From Abditibacteriaceae bacterium (lineage in GTDB: Bacteria; Armatimonadota; Abditibacteriia; Abditibacteriales; Abditibacteriaceae), in NCBI GenBank assembly GCA_031372065.1, contig JANMKN010000339.1, positions 1 through 14,026 on the forward strand: DNA of 14,026 bases, written 5' to 3'. This document shows, piece after piece, positions 1 through 5,999 of this stretch. The notes under the pieces are model-generated. The model searched no databases, was not told the origin of the DNA, and worked only from the letters and a program-made list of their open reading frames with translations. A program made the position numbers and the translations under genes. The number at the start of each line of letters is the position of its first letter. Position 1 is the first letter of the stretch.

Positions 1-1
1 C

Positions 2-478
2 TGCGCGAACACGCTGCTAAAAATGGCAAAGAAGCGCGCGCAGATTGATGCGGTTTTGAGCGCAACGGGCGCCAGCGGCTTCTTTGAGGATGAAGACGAA
101 GTAACACCCGCGCAGCGCCCACAAAACACATCGCAAACCACACAGAGAGCGCCACAGCGCGGCCAGAATGCGCCAGAGCGTAACGCACCGAAGTCTGGGC
201 CACCGGCGCCCCTAACCGAAGCGCAGGAGCGTGAAATCGCAGATTTAGCGCACAAAGCGTATGGCGCGAATTGGCCTGAAACGTTGGGTGAATGGCAAGG
301 CATGGAGATCGAGCAATACAGCGAAGCCCGCGCTGCCAATGTCATCCTGAAACTCCAAGAAAAAATCGCTGCTGATGGAGAATCTGGCGGCTCTGGCCGC
401 GCAGACGGCGAGTTCGTAGAGGCGTCAATCCGCACCCAAACAGCGCAGGTAGTTGATCCCTTTGGCGATGAAGACTAA
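2..478 (+). CDS. 5'-truncated phage protein, probable single-strand annealing/recombination protein (C-terminal part)
   Basis: The frame is open from base 2 (CANTLLKMAKKRAQIDAVLSATGASGFF...), so ATG 23 is probably internal. The NTxLKMAKKRA..DAVL..T.AS..F helix recalls proteins found upstream of phage initiators. It is followed by a Q/P-rich linker and an acidic tail (DPFGDED). Function is inferred from motif and position. Confidence 0.5.
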   Translation, partial: CANTLLKMAKKRAQIDAVLSATGASGFFEDEDEVTPAQRPQNTSQTTQRAPQRGQNAPERNAPKSGPPAPLTEAQEREIADLAHKAYGANWPETLGEWQGMEIEQYSEARAANVILKLQEKIAADGESGGSGRADGEFVEASIRTQTAQVVDPFGDED

Positions 479-493
479 TAGGGAATTGACCTA

Positions 494-1597
494 ATGCGCG
501 TCAAACCATTTACCGATCAGGGGCACTACACCGAAGTTCATAATTTGGCCTTCGATTACATCATGCCGCGCGTCTCCGGCAGCGCTTGGAAGGTGCTGTG
601 TTTCATCATCCGGCAGACGCGCGGCTGGGGTAAAAAATCAGAGTTCCTGCCGTATGAAGCCATCAAAACCGGAACAGGAATTAAGACCGATGCAACAGTC
701 AGTAAAGCCTTGCAAGAGTTAATGCATGAGGCCAATTGGGGCAGCCCAATCATCTTAAAACAGGACGCTGAAACACGCGGAGTTTCCCAGCGCGAGCCGA
801 CCCGCTATGCCCTGAATCGTGCCTTTGAAATCCGCACGCAGGGCGAACTCGTCCTTCAAAAAATGAAGGACGAAAACAGCGAAACTCGTTCTTCAAAAAA
901 TGAAGGACGAAATGAAGTTCGTCCTTCAAAAAATGAAGCGTCTCGTTCTTCAAAAAATGAAGGACGAAAAACCGCTCCCTATAAGGATACGCGCGGTTTT
1001 ACCGAAGAAAGAAGCGAAGAAAGTTATTATGTAAATGAAGAGGAAGAAGAACGCGTGCGCGAAGACATTTCTTCCTCTTCTTCGCCATCCTCTTCATCCT
1101 CTTCGAGTTCAAATTCTGATGTTTCAAATTTGCTTTCGCCCCTACCTTTGCTTTCAAACCCACCAGTTTTTGCCGCGCTGTGCGATGTCTGCAAATTCTC
1201 ACCAGACAGCGTGACGCCGAAAAATTTAGAGCGGATGCCGCTGCTCATCAAATGGCTTCGCGAAACCGAAGGTGGCTTTTCCGATGATGAAATCGCGGCA
1301 AAAATTCGCGCTTATTTCGCGCACTGGGATTTGGAAAAACCGCCCCATTTGGCGCAAATCCGTAGCGAGTGGCGGCGCATGAAATCTTTGCACGAAAAAC
1401 GAACTGTGCTGCAAGCGCAACAAGAAAACCAACCGGACAAAAACCAAAATGGAAGCTATCCAAAACCTGATTACACAAACGGGATTCGAGAATCCGCTGC
1501 CGAGCGCCGCAGCCGCGAAAAGGGCGATATCTACGAAGACCTCCAGCGCCGTGAACGAGAACTCAATGAGCGCAAACAACGGCTCGGAATTACTTGA
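494..1597 (+). CDS. Phage replication initiator, lambda O-like (N-terminal winged helix, internal origin)
   Basis: N-terminus YTEVHN...SGSAWKVLCFIIRQTRGWGKKSEFL..EAIKTGTGI...TVSKALQEL matches the replication protein O N-terminal pattern. The central repeated peptide SSKNEGR is encoded by iterons. Confidence 0.85.
   Translation: MRVKPFTDQGHYTEVHNLAFDYIMPRVSGSAWKVLCFIIRQTRGWGKKSEFLPYEAIKTGTGIKTDATVSKALQELMHEANWGSPIILKQDAETRGVSQREPTRYALNRAFEIRTQGELVLQKMKDENSETRSSKNEGRNEVRPSKNEASRSSKNEGRKTAPYKDTRGFTEERSEESYYVNEEEEERVREDISSSSSPSSSSSSSSNSDVSNLLSPLPLLSNPPVFAALCDVCKFSPDSVTPKNLERMPLLIKWLRETEGGFSDDEIAAKIRAYFAHWDLEKPPHLAQIRSEWRRMKSLHEKRTVLQAQQENQPDKNQNGSYPKPDYTNGIRESAAERRSREKGDIYEDLQRRERELNERKQRLGIT
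849..967. repeat. Four palindromic iterons, putative replication origin
   Basis: TCGT(C/T)CTTCA-AAAAA-TGAAGGACGA at 849-873, 886-910, 919-943 (right arm degenerate) and 943-967. Each is a hyphenated inverted repeat with an A-tract centre, inside the initiator gene as in lambda ori. Confidence 0.85.
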
Positions 1598-2339
1598 TTT
1601 GCCGGCTGATTTACAAGCCACTTTACAAGCCACGCGGCTTGCCGAACAAGTGCGCCGCGAAGAGCATTTGCTCGCTTGCGAAAAAGCCGTGGCGCTGGTG
1701 GCCGAGACCTATGGGCGCGACTGGGATAAACGCGAACGAGCCATCAAAAGCGAGGCGTGGCATCTGGCGCTGGGCGATGTGCCCTCGGACGTGATTCCCC
1801 AACTGACCGTTGAGGTTTTGAAAGCGCGCACGAATCCGTTTCCACCAGTGCCCGCTGATCTGCTGGCCCTGCATTTTGGTGAAGATTGGGCCGAAGGTGA
1901 CGGTGGCAAAACCGAGCGCGTCGTAGTAGCCAACCCACAGGCCTATCAACCGCTATCGCCGACGCAAAACGAACTGATTGCCAAAGGTGTATTGCAAGCG
2001 CCGGAAACTCAAACGCCAGCAGAGCCATTGCCTAAACCGCTGTGGAAGTCGAAGACCGATACGCCCGCTACTCAGTCATTGCAACAACGCGATTGGGAGC
2101 CAGAATCGCCCGAAGAAGCCGCCGTGTTTCAAGCACTCAACGAAGCTCTGTGGCGTTTTTGCGGCATGACAACCTTTTCCATTTCAAAGCGCGCCCGCTA
2201 CGACTTTGCCCGCTATTTGCTGGCCCGCTTCCCCGTTTCGCAGTGGTCACAAGAATTGGGGCAAGCCCAGTGGCACCTGTGGCAGCAAGAACAGGCAATG
2301 CAGGAAAAGGAATTAAGTGAAAAGGAGGCAAGTCTTTAA
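1566..2339 (+). CDS. Putative replicative helicase loader/inhibitor (G39P / lambda P-like)
   Basis: Directly follows and overlaps the initiator. EAWHLALGDVP...VEVLKARTNPFPPVPADLL resembles the W..L.D...FPP..A.l motif of phage helicase loaders. Start placed at in-frame ATG 1566 rather than 1449, which would overlap the initiator by about 150 nt; start uncertain. Confidence 0.6.
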   Translation: MSANNGSELLDLPADLQATLQATRLAEQVRREEHLLACEKAVALVAETYGRDWDKRERAIKSEAWHLALGDVPSDVIPQLTVEVLKARTNPFPPVPADLLALHFGEDWAEGDGGKTERVVVANPQAYQPLSPTQNELIAKGVLQAPETQTPAEPLPKPLWKSKTDTPATQSLQQRDWEPESPEEAAVFQALNEALWRFCGMTTFSISKRARYDFARYLLARFPVSQWSQELGQAQWHLWQQEQAMQEKELSEKEASL

Positions 2340-2572
2340 TGTGCCGATTCTATGGACGTGGGCTTGACCGCTATTATCGCCTTTGCTGTCGCAAGAAAAA
2401 CCGGCAGGGCGAACACGTTTTCTGGGCGGAAGGCCGCGCCGATATTAGGCGTCGGATGAGTGGTAATCGCTGCGTTCCGCTGCGTCAATTGCCACGCGCT
2501 AAACAGAAGTCGCTCTTTTCTGATTACAAAAAATCTCTGTCTCAGGGGAAATGCACAGCAGGAAATGCTTGA
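2339..2572 (+). CDS. Small basic hypothetical protein
   Basis: TAATG stop/start overlap with the upstream gene and AAGGAGG about 10 nt upstream; no recognisable domain. Confidence 0.45.
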   Translation: MCRFYGRGLDRYYRLCCRKKNRQGEHVFWAEGRADIRRRMSGNRCVPLRQLPRAKQKSLFSDYKKSLSQGKCTAGNA

Positions 2573-2606
2573 ATTATTTGGCGCCAAATAATTGGGGAAT
2601 TGACAA

Positions 2607-2675
2607 ATGGGTCAATTTTGCGTTTTTTTGCCCACATCAACGAGCTTATGGGTCAATTTTGCGTTTTTTTGCCCA
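2607..2675. repeat. Perfect 28-bp direct repeat (ATGGGTCAATTTTGCGTTTTTTTGCCCA x2)
   Basis: Identical copies at 2607-2634 and 2648-2675; the second encodes the C-terminus of the minus-strand RHH gene. Confidence 0.95.
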
Positions 2676-2855
2676 TTCGCGGAGCGCTTCACAAAGCACA
2701 TCTCCCTTGCTGCGATTCGTTTTTTCGCAGGCGGTGCGCAGCAAAGCGACACATTCAGCATCGGCATAAAACGACTCGGTTTTACTGCCTTCGGCTTCTG
2801 GTTTTGGAGGCCGGCCACGCGGCCTTTTTTGCTCTGGTTTCACGTCAGCTTTCAT
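2646..2855 (-). CDS. AT-hook + ribbon-helix-helix (CopG/Arc-like) transcriptional regulator, 69 aa
   Basis: MKADVKPEQKRPRGRPPK (GRP AT-hook), then a TESFYAD strand, helix A and the SKGDVLCEALREW helix B typical of RHH proteins. It is the only convincing minus-strand gene and is divergent from 2987. Confidence 0.75.
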   Translation of the reverse strand: MKADVKPEQKRPRGRPPKPEAEGSKTESFYADAECVALLRTACEKTNRSKGDVLCEALREWAKKRKIDP

Positions 2856-2863
2856 GTTGAAAA

Positions 2864-2926
2864 ATTCTAACAGAATAATTCTAAAATGGGTAGCCAAGCG
2901 GTATTTATTCTGTTAGAATAAATACC
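2864..2926. promoter_or_regulatory. Divergent promoter/operator region
   Basis: 15-bp inverted repeat ATTCTAACAGAATAA (2864-2878) / TTATTCTGTTAGAAT (2905-2919); perfect 12-bp-arm palindrome 2900-2926. Rightward TAGCCA(2891-2896)-N17-TAGAAT(2914-2919) with extended TG. The mirror TGnTAGAAT on the minus strand (2872-2864) faces the RHH gene. Confidence 0.7.
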
Positions 2927-2935
2927 AGAACAAAA

Positions 2936-2972
2936 CAAAAGCGCGCCCACCGTGGAAAGTAGCGCGCTTTTG
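2936..2972. terminator. Stem-loop (11-bp stem CAAAAGCGCGC/GCGCGCTTTTG), terminator/attenuator-like
   Basis: Arms 2936-2946 and 2962-2972 with A/T tracts at the base, immediately before the AAAGGA RBS of gene 2987. Confidence 0.5.
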
Positions 2973-2986
2973 AAAGGAACAACAAA

Positions 2987-3568
2987 ATGTTAGTCAAACA
3001 AAATCCCGCTGTAAAAACAAATGTCCGCAAAAGTGGCTACAACGCGCGCAAGATTCGCCGGTGCGTTCGCCGCCACGATGTGACTCCCGCTGGTCAAGTG
3101 ATCCATCTGACCAAATCCTTCACCAACGAACAGGCCATTTACCATCCCACTGTGGATGTAAATACCGGCTATGTGGAATGCGATTGCAAGGATTTCGAGT
3201 TTCGCGCCTCCAAGCACAACCCCCACGTTTTGAGTGCGCCCGCGCATTTATGCAAGCACTCAATTGATGCGATTTTAGGTTGCGTGCGGCGCGGCGAATT
3301 GGAACTCACCAGAGAGCAGATCACCGCTTTAAAGCAAGAGCGCTTTCGGAAGGCTGGCTTTTCCAAGCAGGACACCGCGCCTGCCCAGCGCCGTTGCTCA
3401 CTCTGCGGCCACACCGGAGAAACGGGAACCGCAACCTTTGAAATGAGCGACGAGCAAGGTAGGCCGATTGCCGGAGAAGTCATTTGCCTTGATTGCGTTC
3501 AAGCCTGTGCCAATGCCCCAAAGATTGATGCTCCCGTTGTGGACTACGTGAATATGTTTGAGGATTGA
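2987..3568 (+). CDS. SWIM zinc-finger protein with a second C-terminal CxxC...CxxC zinc finger
   Basis: VECDCKDF...LCKH (CxC-x(n)-CxH SWIM signature); CSLC...CLDC near the C-terminus; RBS AAAGGA. Confidence 0.8.
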   Translation: MLVKQNPAVKTNVRKSGYNARKIRRCVRRHDVTPAGQVIHLTKSFTNEQAIYHPTVDVNTGYVECDCKDFEFRASKHNPHVLSAPAHLCKHSIDAILGCVRRGELELTREQITALKQERFRKAGFSKQDTAPAQRRCSLCGHTGETGTATFEMSDEQGRPIAGEVICLDCVQACANAPKIDAPVVDYVNMFED

Positions 3569-3576
3569 GAGACAAA

Positions 3577-3605
3577 GGCGCCGGATTCTAAGTGAATCCG
3601 GCGCC
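3577..3605. promoter_or_regulatory. Perfect 12-bp stem-loop GGCGCCGGATTC-TAAGT-GAATCCGGCGCC abutting an RBS
   Basis: Seen directly; followed by AAAGGAG and ATG 3620. There is no U-tract on the + strand, so it is not a classical forward terminator. Confidence 0.55.
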
Positions 3606-3619
3606 AAAGGAGCAAATTC

Positions 3620-4021
3620 ATGGAAACCTTAACCAACCAAACCTTAACTGAGATTTTTGGCGAACCAATTCACGTTTATACGCGCGCTCAGGCCATCGCC
3701 GACGGCGTTTTAGTTGACTTGAATGCGGCTGCTCCCGACGTGTGCCGCCAGCATTACAAATACCCCATGGCCTGCACCCCTGCTGTCTGGGCAATGATTG
3801 AGCGCGCCGTCGAAAATGGGGCCGATATTCCGGGCACCGTTCACGATCTCTTGTGGATGAGCCGGGTTTACATCAGTCGCCGATTCGACGACAGCGCCAT
3901 TTTATTCGAATGCGCTTTGATGAATGAAGGCGATGCCAAAGTCCACACCTTCAAAATGATCTGTGGCCCCGGTGATGAAGGGGAACCCGTAATTACCTTG
4001 ATGCTGCCGGACGAGGATTAA
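3620..4021 (+). CDS. DUF6573-like protein
   Basis: IHVYTRAQAIADGVLVDL...CGPGDEGEPVITLMLPDED matches the YTRAQA..DGVLVD family seen on mobile elements; strong RBS. Confidence 0.8.
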   Translation: METLTNQTLTEIFGEPIHVYTRAQAIADGVLVDLNAAAPDVCRQHYKYPMACTPAVWAMIERAVENGADIPGTVHDLLWMSRVYISRRFDDSAILFECALMNEGDAKVHTFKMICGPGDEGEPVITLMLPDED

Positions 4022-4081
4022 TCATAACTCCGGTAGACCAAAATCTTACTCTGGTCTACTGGGGTTGGTTGGAGCAAACCG

Positions 4082-4273
4082 ATGATAGCAGACGGATTAC
4101 AACGCATCGAAGGGCCAGAAGATGAGGCATCCTGCTACAAAACCTGCCCGAAGTGCGGCGGCGATGGCTTCTTTTGCTTGACGTGCCAAAAGTGGATGTC
4201 GCAGTGTGAATGCGAAGAAATGGATCCGCTTCATTGTTCAACGTGCCTTGGCACTGGAGAAATTGAGGCCTGA
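4082..4273 (+). CDS. Small cysteine-rich zinc-finger protein (CxxCxGxG repeats)
   Basis: CPKCGGDG...CLTC...CEC...CSTCLGTG; GGAG RBS at 4071-4074. Confidence 0.65.
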   Translation: MIADGLQRIEGPEDEASCYKTCPKCGGDGFFCLTCQKWMSQCECEEMDPLHCSTCLGTGEIEA

Positions 4274-4340
4274 GGAAGGAGGCTGAGGAAGGAGGAAAAA
4301 ACGACAATTAACACCACAAAGATTGACCCCACAAAAAGAA

Positions 4341-4373
4341 AAACGGCGCTCTGTTAGAGCCAGAGCGCCGTTT
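4341..4373. terminator. 13-bp stem-loop AAACGGCGCTCTG/CAGAGCGCCGTTT, terminator-like (better U-tract on minus strand)
   Basis: Perfect inverted repeat preceded by an A-rich tract (4333-4343). Confidence 0.55.
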
Positions 4374-4426
4374 GCGAAACCCACCGAGAAAAAACATAGG
4401 GAAATTTCCCGACAAGGAATCAAGCA

Positions 4427-4858
4427 ATGAACAATTTAAACAATGAAGGCGCATCGCGCAAGGGCAGCAAAGAAGTTGTTGCTGTGCTGGTGCTGGACAC
4501 ACGCCAAGAATTTTTTCAGCACGTTAGGGATGGAAAGTCAGATAGAAAGGCTTCGCGCAAAACCGTGTTTCTGACTGCCACGCCCGAACCGGCGCTGCTG
4601 CCCGCTTTGCGCGGCGTGCCGGGCGCGGTTTACACGGTCTTGACATTTAACGCTGGCACGCCAAAAGCGCCGTCTGTTGCGTTTTATGTTGAGGAAATCG
4701 AAGGCGTCTCCGAAATGGAATGGGTCAGTGACTTTCCCCTCAAAAGCGGCAAAACGGCGCGCCAGACGGTTGAAGCGGCTTTAGTCGAACTGAGCGATCA
4801 AATCACCGAAGTTGGTGCGACGGTGCGACGTGGACGCTGGGAACTGGTTGAGGTTTAG
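4427..4858 (+). CDS. Hypothetical protein
   Basis: 143-aa ORF with AAGGA RBS, ending 3 nt before the next gene; no recognisable motif. Confidence 0.7.
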   Translation: MNNLNNEGASRKGSKEVVAVLVLDTRQEFFQHVRDGKSDRKASRKTVFLTATPEPALLPALRGVPGAVYTVLTFNAGTPKAPSVAFYVEEIEGVSEMEWVSDFPLKSGKTARQTVEAALVELSDQITEVGATVRRGRWELVEV

Positions 4859-4861
4859 GCG

Positions 4862-5911
4862 ATGGGAAGCGCGTTAGATGCCCGCTTTGATCTCAGCACG
4901 GCACGGCAACATTATGTGCGGATTCAGCCCAAAAAGCCAAAGCCCCTCGTCGAAGATTTGCAGCGCGATTTAAAGTCCGGTTGGCTTTTGCCGTATTTAT
5001 TCCAACTGGACGATTGGGCGTGGGGCCGCTGGAGTTACTGGGCTGATTTGCAATGGAGCGGCGACCTGCCGGCGAAGCCGATTCCCGCCATTGATTTTTG
5101 CTCGCACAATGGCGACTCGCCGTGGGCGCGCAAAATGTGGGAGCGCTGTTTAGATGGCATCGGGCGCAATGGCAGCGGCTCGTGGGCCGGTTGGAGCAGT
5201 TGGGTTTATGTGGATTATTTGTTCGATTGGCTCTTGTATGGTTTTGGGCATGGTGGGCAAAAAGAATTGCCCGCTGAGCCAAAAGGCTGCGAAGGCGCTT
5301 CGATGCGGCTTTACCAATTGTTCGACTTATCGCCTCTGGTGCTTTGGCCGTATGACCACTTGGCCGAACTGCTGGCCGAAACCCATCATGGAAGAGGAAA
5401 CGGATTCTTTCCGACGCCGCACTGCGTGGTGGAAATGATGGTGAGAATGACGATGAGTGAGGGCGATCACCGCGCTGAGACGGTGTGCGATCCATGCGTG
5501 GGCAGTGGCCGGATGCTGCTTCATGCCTCAAATCACAGTCTGCGTCTTTACGGACAGGACATTGACGCCACGCTCTGCAAGGCGACCCTTATCAACGGTT
5601 ATCTGTGGGCGCCGTGGCTGGTGCGCCCGATTGCATGGCTTGACCGCGAAGCTGTGGTCGTCACGGAAAGATTGCAATCGAATGATGAATTCTCTGGTGA
5701 GGATGAGGAAGAAAAAACAGCAGCGATTGCAGTAGCCACCGGCCTGAGTGACCACGCGACAGAAATCGCACCGCTGCACTATCAAGCGCGACTTTTTGAT
5801 ACGGAATTTGACGCCGAAGGGACAAGGAAAACAGCGCCGATTTTGAAACGAAGGAAGCGTGCTGGGGCATCAGAAACACAAACTGAGCAATTGAATTTAT
5901 TGGAGGTTTGA
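4862..5911 (+). CDS. N6-adenine DNA methyltransferase-like protein (SAM-binding half; catalytic NPPY/F motif not seen)
   Basis: GFFPTP (motif X), VCDPCVGSGRML (motif I) and LYGQDID (motif II), as in HsdM/N6_Mtase-type enzymes; no (N/D/S)PP(Y/F) anywhere in the ORF. Confidence 0.75.
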   Translation: MGSALDARFDLSTARQHYVRIQPKKPKPLVEDLQRDLKSGWLLPYLFQLDDWAWGRWSYWADLQWSGDLPAKPIPAIDFCSHNGDSPWARKMWERCLDGIGRNGSGSWAGWSSWVYVDYLFDWLLYGFGHGGQKELPAEPKGCEGASMRLYQLFDLSPLVLWPYDHLAELLAETHHGRGNGFFPTPHCVVEMMVRMTMSEGDHRAETVCDPCVGSGRMLLHASNHSLRLYGQDIDATLCKATLINGYLWAPWLVRPIAWLDREAVVVTERLQSNDEFSGEDEEEKTAAIAVATGLSDHATEIAPLHYQARLFDTEFDAEGTRKTAPILKRRKRAGASETQTEQLNLLEV

Positions 5912-5999
5912 AGACGAAATTATTTGGCGGCAAATAACAATGGTTTGTGGATTTTACGCCGCGCGCGACGGCGAAAAACAAACGCGCGAGAGGAAACAA

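Noticed and set aside
849..967. Palindromic repeats as a CRISPR array
   Set aside because: Spacers are 0-12 bp and irregular, the repeats lie in frame within the initiator gene, and no cas genes are present; iterons fit better.
1449..1565. ORF-track N-terminal extension of the helicase-loader gene
   Set aside because: Overlaps the initiator C-terminus with no RBS; ATG 1566 is more plausible. The 5940 (ParB), 12802 (HD) and 2897 (RHH) extended starts were rejected similarly.
2600..2628. TTGACA at 2600-2605 as a sigma70 -35 box
   Set aside because: No -10-like hexamer at 16-18 bp spacing (T-run only).
2607..2675. 28-bp repeat pair as a mini-CRISPR
   Set aside because: Only two copies with a 13-bp spacer, one inside a CDS.
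2837..2845. GTTTCACGT as a parS site
   Set aside because: Only a half match to TGTTTCACGTGAAACA, not palindromic, and within the RHH coding sequence.
2551..2870. + strand ORFs 2551-2769, 2600-2860 and 2607-2870
   Set aside because: Antisense to the RHH gene; their repeated peptides simply reflect the 28-bp duplication.
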